64,000 nucleotides of DNA, from NCBI GenBank assembly GCA_963806035.1, contig CAWDWO010000031.1, forward strand, positions 40,777 through 104,776, in the 5' to 3' direction. The DNA comes from Candidatus Krumholzibacteriota bacterium. Its GTDB lineage: Bacteria > Krumholzibacteriota > Krumholzibacteriia > JAJRXK01. Below are positions 36,816-48,900 of this stretch, piece by piece. Position 1 is the stretch's first letter, and the number at the start of each line of letters is the position of its first letter. Under the pieces are notes generated by a model. It did not search any database, was not told the DNA's origin, and saw only the letters and a program-made list of their open reading frames with translations. Made by a program: the position numbers and the translations under genes.

Positions 36816-37781
36816 TCAACCCAACCTGATGCGTGGATCGACGAGGCCATAGGCGATGTCCGCCAGGAGATTGCCCGCGATGACCATGCTGCCCGAGAGC
36901 AGGGTCGTGGCCAGGATTACCGGATAGTCGCGCCCGAGCAGGGCCTGCACCGCGACCTGGCCCATGCCCGGCCACGAGAAGATGACTTCCACCACCACCG
37001 CGCCGCTGAGGAGAAAGGGCAAGCTCAGACCGAGAAGGGTGATCAAAGGGATCGCGGCGTTGCGCAGGGCATGCTTCAAGAGGACCGTGCGCTCGCTGAG
37101 ACCCTTCGCGCGGGCGGTTCGAATGTAGTCCTGCGATAGGATCTCGAGCATCGAGGACCGCATGTAGCGCGCCAGCCCGGCCGCCCCCGAGAGACCGAGC
37201 ACCGCGGCCGGAAGCAAGAGATGGCGGCAGGAGGAGAGCAGCCAGGGCCAAAATCCCATTTCGTTCAAAGTGCCCGCGGCCATTCCTCCCGAGGGCAGCC
37301 AGTGGAGCCTCCACACGAAAATCAGCTGCAGCATCAGCCCCAGCCAGAAGGAGGGCAGGCTGTAGACGAGTAGGCTCAAGAGAGTGGCGCCCCGCTCACT
37401 CGCCGTCCCCCTGCGCGCCGCGGCCCAGACTCCCAGCGCGGTACCGGCCGAGAGCCACAGGAGGAACGAAACCACGCTCAGACGCAAGGTATTGGGAACG
37501 GCCTCGGCGATGATTTTGGCGACCGGCCGCTTGTGGCGCAGGCTGATTCCCAGATCACCGTGAACGAGCCCCGTGAGCCAGGACAGGTACTGCACGGTCA
37601 GAGGTTCGTCCAGGCCGTAACGCGTCCTGATCGCCTGCACGTCCTCGGGACGGAAGGAAGGATCGACGAGCGCATCGATGGGATCGCCGGGCGCCACCTG
37701 TAAGAGCACGAAGGTGAGCGTGACCACGCCCCAGAGAAGGAGAATGGAGCCGGTGAGACGCCGTAGGACGAATCTTGCCAT
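36816..37781 (-). CDS. oppB: Peptide ABC transporter permease (OppB/DppB)
   Basis: APGDP, GLDEPL, GDLGIS, DYIRTARAKGL, HALRNA, DPRIR. Confidence 0.94.
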   Translation of the reverse strand: MARFVLRRLTGSILLLWGVVTLTFVLLQVAPGDPIDALVDPSFRPEDVQAIRTRYGLDEPLTVQYLSWLTGLVHGDLGISLRHKRPVAKIIAEAVPNTLRLSVVSFLLWLSAGTALGVWAAARRGTASERGATLLSLLVYSLPSFWLGLMLQLIFVWRLHWLPSGGMAAGTLNEMGFWPWLLSSCRHLLLPAAVLGLSGAAGLARYMRSSMLEILSQDYIRTARAKGLSERTVLLKHALRNAAIPLITLLGLSLPFLLSGAVVVEVIFSWPGMGQVAVQALLGRDYPVILATTLLSGSMVIAGNLLADIAYGLVDPRIRLG

Positions 37782-37838
37782 GAACATGCCGCGGGGTTGG
37801 TGTGCAAGATTCAAGGTGCAAGCTGTGCGGGCGAGCGG

Positions 37839-38633
37839 TCAAGGGAGAATGCGCTCGGAGCCACGAGCGGCCCTCGGACTCGCCGCATGCTGCAGGACGC
37901 ACTCCGGGTAGACGTCCAAGACCTTCAGCTCGAGACCCGTGCGCTGCTGCAGCGCCTCGGCGAAGCCGAAGGCGAAGCGCTCGAGAGTCAGATCCGCGTG
38001 GCCGAGTTCCTGCAAATTCGTGGTCCGGCTGCGCAGACTCTCCTTGCGCGCGAGGCGCTCGCTCTCATCAGCTCCGCCCATGAAGTCGACGATCGAGAGG
38101 TGCTGCGGGCCCGTCAGAAGCGAGCCGTGCTGCAGGAAAGCTCGGCGAGTCTGCCGAAAGGCACTGCCCACCAGCTTTTGTCCTCTAACTGAAATTTCGT
38201 GCCCCTGGAGCGACTCGAAGCAGGCGAAGCTCTCCGGCCCACCCTCACCCAGGGTCCGCGCGGGAATTCCCAGACCATTCAGGGCCTCCACCAGCGCCGA
38301 GGCCAAGGAAGCGTAGACTTCGCGGAAGTTGGCGCCGAACCCGGCCAGCCCCAAGGGACCGGCGACGGCGTAGGTGAATTCACTCCAATGCAGGACCGCG
38401 CCGCCTCCGCTGGGGCGCCGCACCAACTCGATGCCGGCCGAGCGAAGACGCCGTGGATCGAGTTGAGCCGCGGACTGATGGTAGCCCAAAGAGAGTGCCG
38501 GAGGATCCCAGGCGTAGACACGCAGCAGCGGAGACTTCAGCTCCCCGTTCTGGTAGCTCTTCAAGAGCGCGCGATCGAGAGCCATGTTGCGCTCGCCACG
38601 CAGTGCCCCATCGCAACGCAGGAGGAGCTTCAT
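37839..38633 (-). CDS. Lipoate-protein ligase A family (LipM-like octanoyltransferase)
   Basis: NMALDRALL, LRVYAW..LSLGYHQ, VRRPSGGGAVLH, KLVGSA, LQHGS; adjacent to gcv genes. Confidence 0.88.
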   Translation of the reverse strand: MKLLLRCDGALRGERNMALDRALLKSYQNGELKSPLLRVYAWDPPALSLGYHQSAAQLDPRRLRSAGIELVRRPSGGGAVLHWSEFTYAVAGPLGLAGFGANFREVYASLASALVEALNGLGIPARTLGEGGPESFACFESLQGHEISVRGQKLVGSAFRQTRRAFLQHGSLLTGPQHLSIVDFMGGADESERLARKESLRSRTTNLQELGHADLTLERFAFGFAEALQQRTGLELKVLDVYPECVLQHAASPRAARGSERILP

Positions 38634-38635
38634 CG

Positions 38636-40096
38636 TCAATCGCAGCTTCCGCCCCAGCACACCTGGGGTGCGCGATTGGCCTTGGTCTCGTCGAGCCGAC
38701 GCACCGGGGTGGATATCGGCGCATCGCGCAGAAGCTGCGGATTCTCGCGCGCCTCTTCCAGGATACTCAGAAGAGCGGCGGCGAACGCGTCCATGGTGTC
38801 CTTGGTTTCGGTCTCGGTGGGCTCGATCATCAGAGCCTCCTCCACCACCAGCGGGAAGTAGATCGTCGGCGCGTGATAGCCGTAATCCAGCAGTCGTTTG
38901 GCGAGATCCAGGGTGTGCAGCCCCGAGGACTTCAGGCCGCGGCCACTCGCGACGAACTCGTGAAGCGTTCCCTCGGAGTAGTCGATGGGAAGTGCGTCCG
39001 CGAGGAGGGCCTTCAGATAGTTCGCGTTCAACACCGCCATCTCGCTGGCCCGCTTCAGACCGTTCCCGCCGTTACGCAGGATGTACGCGAGGGCGCGGAC
39101 CATCACCCCGAAATTGCCGTAGGTACCGTGGATGCGCTGGTGCACGCCGCCGTCTTGCGGAGCTTGCTGCCACGCGAATCCTTCGCCTTCGCGCATCGCC
39201 CGGGGATAGGGTAGAAAAGGTGCGAGTTCCTTCACCACGCACAGGGGGCCACAACCCGGACCGCCTCCGCCGTGCGGCGTGCTGAAGGTCTTGTGAAGGT
39301 TGAGATGCACCATGTCGAAGCCCATTTCCCCCGGACGCGACTGGCCCATGATGGCATTCATGTTGGCGCCATCCATGTACATCAGTCCCCCGGCTTCGTG
39401 AACCAGTTCTGCGATTTCGCTTATCCGCGGCTCGAAGAGGCCGAGGGTGTTCGGGTTGGTGATCATCAGCGCCGCGAGATCCTCACCCAGCTTTTCCTTC
39501 AGTCTGTCGATTCGCAATTTCCCGTTGGCTTCCGTACTCACGGACTCCACGGTGAATCCGACCAGAGTGGCGCTGGCCGGGTTGGTGCCGTGCGCGGAAT
39601 CGGGAATGAGAACCCTCTTGCGCTCCTTCTGACCGCGCGCGAGATGGCACTGTCGCGTGACCATCATTCCCAACAACTCTCCGTGCGCGCCGGCCGCCGG
39701 CTGAAGACTCACTTCGTCCATCCCGGTGATCTCGGCCAGAGCCTCCTTCAGACGCACCATCACTTCCAGCGCGCCCTGAACCTGCTGTGGATTCTGATGG
39801 GGATGGATCTTCGCGAAGCCGGGCATCTGCGCGATTTGCTCGTTCACTTTCGGGTTGTACTTCATCGTGCACGAGCCGAGCGGATAAAGTGCGCGATCGA
39901 TGTGGTGGTTCTTCACCGAGAGGTTGGTGTAGTGCCTCACCACCTCGCTCTCGGAAAGCTGCGGCAGATCCAGCTCGTCTTGGCGGGAAATTTCTTCAGG
40001 CAGAGCGGCGGCGGGCACGTCGAGCTCCGGAGTCTTGTAGCTGACCCTTCCCTGCCGCGAGCGCTCGAAAACGGTGAGGACCTCCTGCTGCTTCAT
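38636..40096 (-). CDS. gcvPB: Glycine dehydrogenase subunit 2
   Basis: YPLGSCTMKYNP, QPAAGAHGE, HLNLHKTFSTPHGGGGPG. Confidence 0.97.
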   Translation of the reverse strand: MKQQEVLTVFERSRQGRVSYKTPELDVPAAALPEEISRQDELDLPQLSESEVVRHYTNLSVKNHHIDRALYPLGSCTMKYNPKVNEQIAQMPGFAKIHPHQNPQQVQGALEVMVRLKEALAEITGMDEVSLQPAAGAHGELLGMMVTRQCHLARGQKERKRVLIPDSAHGTNPASATLVGFTVESVSTEANGKLRIDRLKEKLGEDLAALMITNPNTLGLFEPRISEIAELVHEAGGLMYMDGANMNAIMGQSRPGEMGFDMVHLNLHKTFSTPHGGGGPGCGPLCVVKELAPFLPYPRAMREGEGFAWQQAPQDGGVHQRIHGTYGNFGVMVRALAYILRNGGNGLKRASEMAVLNANYLKALLADALPIDYSEGTLHEFVASGRGLKSSGLHTLDLAKRLLDYGYHAPTIYFPLVVEEALMIEPTETETKDTMDAFAAALLSILEEARENPQLLRDAPISTPVRRLDETKANRAPQVCWGGSCD

Positions 40097-41475
40097 CGCG
40101 ACCTCCCCGCGGTGCTTGCGCCTGAACCCGTGACGATTTTTTGGGCCAGCTCGAGATAACGGTCCATTTCCTCCCGGGTTCGCAATTCCGTCACCGCCAC
40201 CAGGAGATCCCGTTCGTCGGCGCCCTCGTTCAACTCCGCGAGCGCGATCCCCGCCAGCACGCCCTCGGCCGCGCAGGACTTCAGGAATTCACGCGCGCTG
40301 AGAGGGGTCCGCAGCACGAACTCGTGGAAGAAGGGTGAGCTGAAGGGCAGCTCCAAGCCCTCGATGCGGCCGAGTCCCGCGGCCAGGTAATGCGCTTTTG
40401 CGTGGCACGCCCGCGCCACCGCGACCATGCCTTTCTTGCCCAGGGCCGACATGTAGATGGTTGCCATGGTGGCGGCCAGACCCTGATTGGTGCAGATGTT
40501 CGAAGTGGCCTTCTCGCGGCGAATGTGCTGTTCCCGCGTTTGCAGAGTGAGGACGAAGCCGCGCTTGCCGTCCTTGTCCACCGTCTCTCCCACGATTCGC
40601 CCCGGCATCCGCCGCTTGAGTTCGTCGCGCGCCGCGATGAAACCGAAGGCCGGTCCACCGAAGCTCATGGGCAAGCCCAGCGGCTGTCCCTCCCCGACCG
40701 CCACGGACGCCCCGTAGGATCCCGGCGAATCCACGAGAGGCAAAGTGGTGGGGTTCACCGCCGCGATCAGAAGCGCGGCGCTGTTCTCGACCTTTGCGCC
40801 CACCGCGCGCGCGTCTTCCAAGATTCCCAAACCGTTGGGCTGAACCAGGACCACGCAGGCGGTATCCTCATCCATTTGCGCATCGAGATCGCCAAGGTCC
40901 AGGCGCCCGTCCTCTGCACGGGCGATGTTCACCACTTCCAGGTCGCGGGCCTGCAGATAGGTGGTGAGAACTCTGCGCCATCCCGATCCCAGAGTCTCGG
41001 GCACCAGGACTCTCTTGCGCCGCGTCTGGTTCACCGCGAGGAGCACTGCCTCCACCAACGCGGTCGCGCCGTCGTAGAGGCTGGCATTGCTGACGTCCAA
41101 ACCGGTGAGACGGCAGATGTAGCTCTGAAATTCATAGATCACCTGGAGGGTTCCCTGGGAGACCTCCGCTTGATACGGCGTGTAGGCGGTGGCGAATTCA
41201 CTGCGAAGAGCCAGGTAAGGAACGATGGCGGGGATGTCGTGCTCGTAGCAACCCCCGCCGGCGAAACACACCAGCTCGTCCGCGCTCCGGTTGGCTCTCC
41301 CCATACGAGCAAACTCGCGCCGGAGTGCCGCTTCGCTGATGCCGTCGGGAAGTTCGAGGCCCGACTTCAGCCGCAGCTCCTCGGGGATGCTCGAAAAGAG
41401 ACTCTCGACGGAGGGCCGCCCGATCCTCTGCAGCATCGCCTTCACTTCGCGGTCGGTGTGTGGCGCGTAGGCCAT
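40093..41475 (-). CDS. gcvPA: Glycine dehydrogenase subunit 1
   Basis: TAYTPYQAEVSQG, NASLYDG, REQHIRREKATSNICTN. Confidence 0.97.
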   Translation of the reverse strand: MAYAPHTDREVKAMLQRIGRPSVESLFSSIPEELRLKSGLELPDGISEAALRREFARMGRANRSADELVCFAGGGCYEHDIPAIVPYLALRSEFATAYTPYQAEVSQGTLQVIYEFQSYICRLTGLDVSNASLYDGATALVEAVLLAVNQTRRKRVLVPETLGSGWRRVLTTYLQARDLEVVNIARAEDGRLDLGDLDAQMDEDTACVVLVQPNGLGILEDARAVGAKVENSAALLIAAVNPTTLPLVDSPGSYGASVAVGEGQPLGLPMSFGGPAFGFIAARDELKRRMPGRIVGETVDKDGKRGFVLTLQTREQHIRREKATSNICTNQGLAATMATIYMSALGKKGMVAVARACHAKAHYLAAGLGRIEGLELPFSSPFFHEFVLRTPLSAREFLKSCAAEGVLAGIALAELNEGADERDLLVAVTELRTREEMDRYLELAQKIVTGSGASTAGRSR

Positions 41476-41479
41476 ACTG

Positions 41480-41863
41480 TCATTCCTCTCCGATTTCAGA
41501 GGCGTATTCGTCCGCGCTCAGCAATTCGGCGCCCTCGAGATTCTCCACTTGAAGCCGCACCATCCAACCGTCGCCAAAGGGATCCTCGTTCACCAGCTCC
41601 GGGTTGTCCTCGAGTTTCACGTTGATGTCGACCACCACACCACTCACCGGAGAGTAGAGATCCTCCACCGCTTTCACCGTCTCGATACTCCCCAGCGATT
41701 CGCCGGCCTTGATCTTGGTTCCAGTGCTGGGAAGTTCGATGAACACGATGTCTCCCAACTCCGAGGCGGCGAAATCCGTCACCCCGATGACTCCCTGGTC
41801 CCCTTCCATGCGGAGCCACTCGTGCTCCTTCGTGTACTGGATGTCCGTGGGTCTCATTCTCAA
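41480..41863 (-). CDS. gcvH: Glycine cleavage system H protein
   Basis: YTKEHEW, GDIVFIELP, IETVKAV (lipoyl Lys), VNEDPFGDGW. Confidence 0.97.
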   Translation of the reverse strand: MRMRPTDIQYTKEHEWLRMEGDQGVIGVTDFAASELGDIVFIELPSTGTKIKAGESLGSIETVKAVEDLYSPVSGVVVDINVKLEDNPELVNEDPFGDGWMVRLQVENLEGAELLSADEYASEIGEE

Positions 41864-41903
41864 CTCCTTGATCCGAGTCCTGTCGCTTCCGATCGTTGAG
41901 TAC

Positions 41904-43016
41904 TCAGTCCTTCACGTGCAGCGGAACAAAGGGAATCTCCACTTTTGCGAGCGGATGCCGCTTGCCGCGGATTTCCACTTCGAGTTCGCCCTGAAGGGCG
42001 TCGACTTCCAAGCGAGCGAGCGCGATGCCTCGCTCCAGAGTTGGTGAAAAGGTGCCACTGGTGACCCGCCCCACTTCTTTGCCACCGGCAAAAATGGGCG
42101 CCCCCTGCCGGGCGATCGCCTTCCCCTGCACCTCGAAACCGGCAATGCAAGTGCCCACGCCCTCTTCCTTCTGCGCGGCCAAGATTCTCTTGCCCGTAAA
42201 GTCCACCGGCGACTTCAAACGAACTACCCAGCCGATGTTCGATTCGTAGGGAGAGTGTTCCTCGTCGAGTTCGTGGCCATAGAGGGAATAGCAGGCTTCC
42301 AGGCGCAGGGTATCGCGCGCGCCCAGTCCCACCGGCCCCACCGAGAGTTCCTCTCCCGCCCGCAGGAGCTCCTCCCAGAAGGAAACAGCCGACTTCGCGG
42401 GCAAATAGAGCTCATAGCCCTTCTCCCCGGTGTATCCGGTGCGCGAGAGAATGCACTCCTGCCCGCCGATCTCGGGCTGCAATGTATGGTAGTACTCCAG
42501 GCCGCGCAGCTCTTCTTTGAAGGCGGCCGCGCCCGGCCAGCGCAAGAGAAGCTCGAGGCTCGAGGGGCCCTGGATGGCGATGAGGGCGGTGGAATCGCTT
42601 TCGTCCGCGAATTCGACCGCGGCGGGCAGGCGATCCTTCAACCAGGCCGCGACTTTCCCGCGGTTGGAGGCGTTGGCCACCACGAGGAAATGATCCTCGG
42701 CGAGGCAGTAGACCAGAAGATCGTCCAGCACTCCCCCGTCATCGCGGCACAGCGCGGTGTACAGAACGCGCCCCGAATGCAGTGCCGCGAGACTGTTGGT
42801 GATCAGCGAGTCCAGAGCGGAACGCGCACCGCTTCCTCGCAGGTGAAATTCCGCCATGTGGCTGATGTCGAACAGCCCCACATGCGCGCGCACGCGCCGA
42901 TGCTCCGCCAGCACGCCTTCGTACTGCACCGGCATCAAGTAACCGGCGAAATCGACCATGCGTGCGCCGTGCTGCTCGTGCCACGAACTCAATGGGGTGC
43001 GACGTGGCTCCGTCAT
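41904..43016 (-). CDS. gcvT: Glycine cleavage aminomethyltransferase T
   Basis: FAGYLMPVQY, GLFDISHM, SRTGYTGEKGYE, GLGARDTLRLEA. Confidence 0.97.
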   Translation of the reverse strand: MTEPRRTPLSSWHEQHGARMVDFAGYLMPVQYEGVLAEHRRVRAHVGLFDISHMAEFHLRGSGARSALDSLITNSLAALHSGRVLYTALCRDDGGVLDDLLVYCLAEDHFLVVANASNRGKVAAWLKDRLPAAVEFADESDSTALIAIQGPSSLELLLRWPGAAAFKEELRGLEYYHTLQPEIGGQECILSRTGYTGEKGYELYLPAKSAVSFWEELLRAGEELSVGPVGLGARDTLRLEACYSLYGHELDEEHSPYESNIGWVVRLKSPVDFTGKRILAAQKEEGVGTCIAGFEVQGKAIARQGAPIFAGGKEVGRVTSGTFSPTLERGIALARLEVDALQGELEVEIRGKRHPLAKVEIPFVPLHVKD

Positions 43017-43076
43017 ACTTCATTCCCTCTCGCAAGATCCCGCCGTGGTTCTCTCGCCCACGGCAATCGTCCGCGC

Positions 43077-45905
43077 TCAAGCCGCATTCAGTTGCCGCCT
43101 CAGCATGTGTCCGGTGTGCGACTCCCCGCAGTTCATCACTGCGTCCAGAGTTCCCTCCACCACGATGGCTCCCCCCTGCTGACCGCCCTCGGGCCCCAGA
43201 TCGACGATCCAGTCGGCAGCCAGAATCACCTCCGGATGGTGCTCGATGACCAATACCGTATTGCCTTTGTCGACCAGTTTCGCGAGAACGGCCAGGAGCA
43301 TTTCCACATCCTGGAAATGTAGTCCGGTCGTCGGTTCGTCCAAGAGGTACAGAGTGCGCCCCGTGGAGGGCCGGCTGAGCTCTTTTGCCAGCTTCAGCCG
43401 CTGAGCCTCCCCGCCGCTGAGGGTGTCCGCCGCCTGGCCCAATCGAAGGTAGCCCAGCCCGACCTCCTGCAAAGTCCCCAGGATGCGCCTCATCGAAGGG
43501 ACCGGATCCAGGAGTTCTGTGGCCTCCTCGATGGTCATCTGCAGATAATCCGCGATCGAACGTCCCTTGTAGCTCACCTCGAGGGTCTGCCGGTTGAAGC
43601 GCCGGCCTTCGCAGACGTCACAGACTACCCGCACCTGGGGCAGAAAATCCATAGTCAGTGTGCGCACGCCCGCCCCGTCACAAGCTTCACAACGTCCGCC
43701 CTTGGTGTTGAAGGAGAAGCGGCCTTGATCGAAACCGCGAGCTTTGGCCGCGGGAGTCTGCGCCAGAATTTTTCTCAGATAGGTGTACAGACCGGTGAAG
43801 GTGGCAGGAGTGCTGCGGGGAGAACGGCCAATCGGTTGCTGATCGATGAGAATGACCTTGTCCAGCGCCTCGCCCCCCTCGATGCCGTCATGTTCTCCGG
43901 GCTTGGCCAAAGCCCCGTGGAGCTCTTTGGCGAGCGCGCGATAGAGAATTTCGTGCACCAGGGTGCTCTTGCCGCTGCCGGAGACCCCGGTGACCGCGAT
44001 GAACTTGCCCAGGGGCAGAGTCACGTCGATGCTGCGCAGATTTCTGGCTCGCGCTCCGCGAATCACGAGAGCGCTCTTCGAATCGGGGCTGGCGCGCTTG
44101 CGGGGGATCTCGAGCGGCCGGGCCAGCCAGCGACCCGTTGGCGAATCCTCGCAGCGCGCGATTTCCCGCGGCGTGCCTTCCGCGACGATCTCACCTCCGT
44201 GATCCCCCGCTCCCGGACCGAGATCCACCACATGGTTCGCCGCTTCGATGATGTCGCGATCGTGCTCGACCACCACGAGACTGTTTCCGCGGTCCACCAG
44301 ACGGCGCAGCAGCTCGATGAGCCGCGCGTTGTCCCGCGCGTGCAATCCCACGCTGGGTTCGTCCAGAACATAGAGCACGCCGGTGAGCCGCCCCCCGACC
44401 TGGGTTGCCAAACGCACGCGCTGACCTTCGCCGCCGCTGAGCGAACTCGTGGGTCGGCTCAGAGTCAAATATCCCAACCCGGCCTGCACCAGAAATCCCA
44501 GACGCGATACGATCTCCTTCTTCAAGGGTTCCCCGATCAGCGCCGCGCTCCCCGAAAAATGCCACTCCTCCAGCTCCGCCAGCAGCTCGACGAGGGGCAG
44601 ATCGGAAAGCGTGCCCAGGTCGCGGCCACAGAGCTCGACGCTGAGCGCCTCGGGTCTCAGACGCGTCCCGTGGCAATCGGGACACTGCCGCTCCTCCATG
44701 AATTCCTCGCACCAATTTCTTATTCTCTGGCTCTTGGTCTCGCGGGCCCGCCGCGTCAGCATCGGCACCAGACCTTCGAAATCCGCCAGAAATCGTTCAT
44801 GACCCGAGATGCCCTCACGGAGAAAGTCGAACTCCTTCCCCATCGTCCCCGAGAACAGAGCGCGCCTGAGTTGCTCACTCATCTCGGCCAGAGGAGCTTC
44901 TTCGTCGAAGCCGAGTCGCCGCACGAGGTACTCGACCTGTTCGTTGATGAAGCTCTGATTCTTGCCCCGAAGAGGCGCCAATCCGCCGTCGCGCAGGCTC
45001 AGCGAGGGATCGGGAACGAGCAGGTTTTCGGCGACGCTGCGCGTGGACCCCAGGCCCCGGCAACTGCGACAGGCGCCGGCCGGCGAGTTGAAGGAAAAGA
45101 GCCTGGGCTCGAGGATCGCGAAGCCGGTTCCGCACTTGGGACAGGCGAGCCGATCGCTGTAGACCTTCTCCCGGCCCCCCGAGAGAGCTGCAATGATGAG
45201 GCTGCCCTCCCCTTCGGCGAGTGCCCTCTCCACGCTACTGGTCATGCGCTGCTGGGATCCGCTGCCCGCCTTGAGTCGGTCGACCACGAGATCGACGTCG
45301 TGGCGCGCGCCCTTCTTCAACGCTTCCAGCTCGTCGAGCGAGAGGATTTCGCCGTCGACGCGAATCCGCGCGTAACCCTTCTTGCGCAGGGAGGCCAAGA
45401 GTGAGCGCTGCTCGCCACGCCTGCCTCTGAGTACCGGAGCGAGAACCAGGTAAGCTGTCCCTTCCGGCAGATGCAGCAACTCCTTCAGGATGAGCGAGGG
45501 ATGTCCGGCCGCGACTTTGATCTTGCACTTGGGGCAATGGGGCTCGCCGAGCCGGGCATAGAGGAGACGCAAAAAGGGTATGGTTTCGGTAATGGTTCCG
45601 ACGGTCGAGCGCGGATTGCGGCCCAAGCCGCGCTGTTGGATTGCCAGCGCGGGACTCAGCCCCTCCACTCGATCCACGTCCGGCTTGGGGACCTGCTCCA
45701 AAAAATGGCGCGCGTAGGCCGAGAGAGATTCGAGGTACCTGCGCTGGCCTTCCGCGTACAGGGTATCGAAAGCGAGACTGCTCTTTCCCGAACCACTCGG
45801 TCCGGTGATGACCACGAGTTCGTTCCGGGGAAGCCGGACCTCGATGTTCTTGAGGTTGTGTTCTCGAACGCCCTTCAGGTGAATGGCCATCCGCTCAAGA
45901 GCCAC
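43077..45905 (-). CDS. uvrA: Excinuclease ABC subunit A
   Basis: [29 protein letters not shown], two ABC domains, Zn fingers, [12 protein letters not shown]. Confidence 0.97.
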   Translation of the reverse strand: MALERMAIHLKGVREHNLKNIEVRLPRNELVVITGPSGSGKSSLAFDTLYAEGQRRYLESLSAYARHFLEQVPKPDVDRVEGLSPALAIQQRGLGRNPRSTVGTITETIPFLRLLYARLGEPHCPKCKIKVAAGHPSLILKELLHLPEGTAYLVLAPVLRGRRGEQRSLLASLRKKGYARIRVDGEILSLDELEALKKGARHDVDLVVDRLKAGSGSQQRMTSSVERALAEGEGSLIIAALSGGREKVYSDRLACPKCGTGFAILEPRLFSFNSPAGACRSCRGLGSTRSVAENLLVPDPSLSLRDGGLAPLRGKNQSFINEQVEYLVRRLGFDEEAPLAEMSEQLRRALFSGTMGKEFDFLREGISGHERFLADFEGLVPMLTRRARETKSQRIRNWCEEFMEERQCPDCHGTRLRPEALSVELCGRDLGTLSDLPLVELLAELEEWHFSGSAALIGEPLKKEIVSRLGFLVQAGLGYLTLSRPTSSLSGGEGQRVRLATQVGGRLTGVLYVLDEPSVGLHARDNARLIELLRRLVDRGNSLVVVEHDRDIIEAANHVVDLGPGAGDHGGEIVAEGTPREIARCEDSPTGRWLARPLEIPRKRASPDSKSALVIRGARARNLRSIDVTLPLGKFIAVTGVSGSGKSTLVHEILYRALAKELHGALAKPGEHDGIEGGEALDKVILIDQQPIGRSPRSTPATFTGLYTYLRKILAQTPAAKARGFDQGRFSFNTKGGRCEACDGAGVRTLTMDFLPQVRVVCDVCEGRRFNRQTLEVSYKGRSIADYLQMTIEEATELLDPVPSMRRILGTLQEVGLGYLRLGQAADTLSGGEAQRLKLAKELSRPSTGRTLYLLDEPTTGLHFQDVEMLLAVLAKLVDKGNTVLVIEHHPEVILAADWIVDLGPEGGQQGGAIVVEGTLDAVMNCGESHTGHMLRRQLNAA

Positions 45906-48900
45906 TACTCTTTGCCTCTTTCTGCAAGGCGTCGAGACGACGCACCGCCTCGGCTCCCCACTGGCTCTTGGGACCGTACTGTTTGATCACTTTCTCGTAG
46001 AGCTTCGTGGCCGCGTCCAACTCGCCCATTTTTTGATAGACCTCGGCCGCCTTGAGCTGTGCCGTCACCGGGAGTTGTCCGCTCTTGGGATAGAGATAAG
46101 GGATCTTGAGATAGGCGGCTGCCGCTTCGTCGAGACGCCGCAGCTTCTCCAGAGAATCGGCAATCCAGAACTGGCCGTAGGCCTGATCCTCCTCGCTCAA
46201 CAGAGGCATGACTCGCTGGTAGGCGGCGATGCTCAGCTCGTAGCGGCCCGATTCGTGGTAGCAATACGCGATGTTGCTCAAAATCTGCTCGGCGTCGGGC
46301 AAATCCGCCTGTTCCTCCAGGAGAGAGTGGTAGACCTCCAGCGCTTTGTCGTAGCGTTCGAGTCTGCGCCAGCTCATCGCCAGGCCCTTCATCGCTTTCA
46401 CCTTCAGAGGGTGATTGGGGTATTCGTCGACGAGTTGCTGGTAGGCCTTGCGCGCCGCCTCGTCGTCGCCATCCCGGGCCGCGAGATTCGCGACCTTGAA
46501 GAGTGCCTGCGCGGACCATTCGCTGTTCGATGCCGCGGCCGCCGCGCTCTTGAAGGCCGTGCTCGCATCATCGAAGCGCTGCGCCTTCAGCATGTACATC
46601 CCCTCGCCATATTTCGCGCGCGACAGCAGCTCCTTCGTGACAGGCTCCTTCTCCACCATTTGATAGAGCTCGAGGGCATCGTCCGCCCTGCCCTGCTCCA
46701 GCTCGGCGTCCGCCAGATCGAGCCGCGCTTGCGGTACCAGGGACCCAGCCTGCGGATAGCCCTCGCTGAGCTTCTTCAACTCTTCGGCGGCGGCTTTGAG
46801 CTTTGCTGCCATGGCCAGAGCCCGGATCCTCAGGGCAAGAGTCCGCGCAGTCACGGGATCCTCCTGAAAGCGGTCCAGCCAGCGCAGCGCCGCTTCCGGC
46901 CGATTCCGCTCCAGCTGCAGCTCGGCCAGACGCCGGAACACGTCCTCCTTCTGGGCAAGTTGTGGATCCAACTCGCTCAAACGAGTCAGGGCATCCGTCG
47001 CGAGGCTGTCGTGCCCCGCGCTGCTCTCGAGTTGAGAAATTTTCAGCAAACTGCGCCCGGCGTATCGACTGTTCGAGGTCTGGGCCGCGAGTGCTTGAAA
47101 GCGCCGTCGAGCATCCTCGATTCTGCCCCTGCGCATCTGAGCCGTCGCGAGGCGATAGTTGGCGTCATCGGTGTAGACCCCGTCTTGGTAGCGCTGCAAA
47201 AGCGCGTGATACAGAGTGGCCGCGGCATCGGGATCTCCTCCGTACAGCGCCATGTCACCGGCCAACAGCAACGAGCGCTGTCCCAGTTGGCTCGACGGGA
47301 AGGTCCTGGCGTAGGATTCGTAGAGGGTTTTCGCGGCCGCATAATGCTGTTGCCCGCGCTGAATCTCCGCCATCAGGTAGCGGGCCGCGGCCGCCAGATT
47401 CCCCGCGTCCTGAGCGTCCATGATCCGCCTCAGTTCTGCCGCGGCGAGTTCGTCCTTGTCTTGCTGGTGATAGAGCCACGCCAGGGCATAGCGCAGGGTC
47501 TGGTCCCTCAGCGGCTCCGGCTTTTGGGCCAGCCCCTCCTTCAGCCAGACGATGCGTTGTGAATCCGGAAGATCCGTGGAGAGTTCGGCGGCGCGCCACA
47601 GGAGCCAGACTCGCGCCTCGTTCGCGGACTTCTGCTTCAGGGCGAGGCGCATCTTGGCACCGAGCGCGGTCCACGCCGATTGGCCGAGATCGAGCCCCTC
47701 CTGCGCGCCGTAACCGCCGAGCAAGGGGGTGTGCTCCGCATCGAAGAGCGGCGGAGCTGGAGCTTGTGCCCTCTCGGAAAGTTCCAGTTTCAACAGGGCG
47801 GTTTGGGCCGCGCTCTTCGTGGTCCCGGAAGGCGCGAGCTCCACGGCGCGCGCATAAGCTTTGCGCGCCGCACTCCATTGCTCCTTCCAGGAGGTGTCCG
47901 TGGCGGAATCGAGCTTGGCTTGAAGCGCGAGCTGCTGCCGGCATTTGCCCAACTCCAGTGAGGCCCGGGCGGCACCCAGCGAGTCCGAGGCCGCCGCGCT
48001 CAGTTCCTCGAAGACTTTCGCGGCAGCCGCGGCATCACCGGCCACGTCGCGCAGCACCGTCCCCACCTTCATGCGGCGCAGGCTTTCATTCTCTTCAGGG
48101 GTGAGGGCGAGCTGACTCAAACGACGCACCGCCTCATCGGGCTGTTTCTGGACGCGGCGCGCATCGAGCTCGAGCTGGAGACGCAAGTCGGCGGCCTGCT
48201 CGCTCGTCGGATGCTGGCGAATGAGGCCCTCGGCCACTTGCCTGGCCTCGTCCTTTTGTCCGGCGGCCCGCAACTCGCGCACCTGGGACAGGAGATACTG
48301 AGCCTGCATCTCGCTCTGGGGCTGCGCTGCCGCAGCCTCGCGATAGAGGTCGGCCGCCAGGGCATGACGCGCGAGCGCGCGGCTGGTGATCTGGGCGGCG
48401 TTGGCCCAGGCCAGAGAGCGCAGCGAATCGCCGGGAGCCACACTGGCTGCCCTCTGCCACAGCAACCGCGCTCGTTCGTGTTCCTTCTGATCGACTTGCT
48501 TGGCAGATTCAACGAGGGTGGCCAGGCTCGAGAGCGCTCTGTAGGCCACGGTGGAATCCGGGCTCGAGGCGAGCGAGAGCAACTCCTGCTCGGCGCCCTC
48601 CTTGTTCTGCCTCGCATCGGCTCGCGCCAAAATCAAGCGGGCATGGCTCGTCCCGGCGGCGTCCGGGTACTTCTTCAGGTAAGCGTTGGCGGCATCTCGG
48701 GCCGAGTCGTAGTTGTCGGACCTCAGCTCGCACTCGCCGAGCCCCAACAAAGCACGCTGGATTTGCTCGGGCGTTCCGCCACGATCCGCCACCTCGCGAT
48801 AACGTTTTGCAGCTTGCTTCCACGACTGAGCCGCCTCGTCCAGGATGGCCAATCCCAGATTGGCCCGCGCGTGCAGATAGGGATCCGAATACTTCTGGAT

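Noticed and set aside
43017..43076. Glycine riboswitch before gcvT
   Set aside because: Only 60 bp between uvrA and gcvT, too short and without aptamer motifs.
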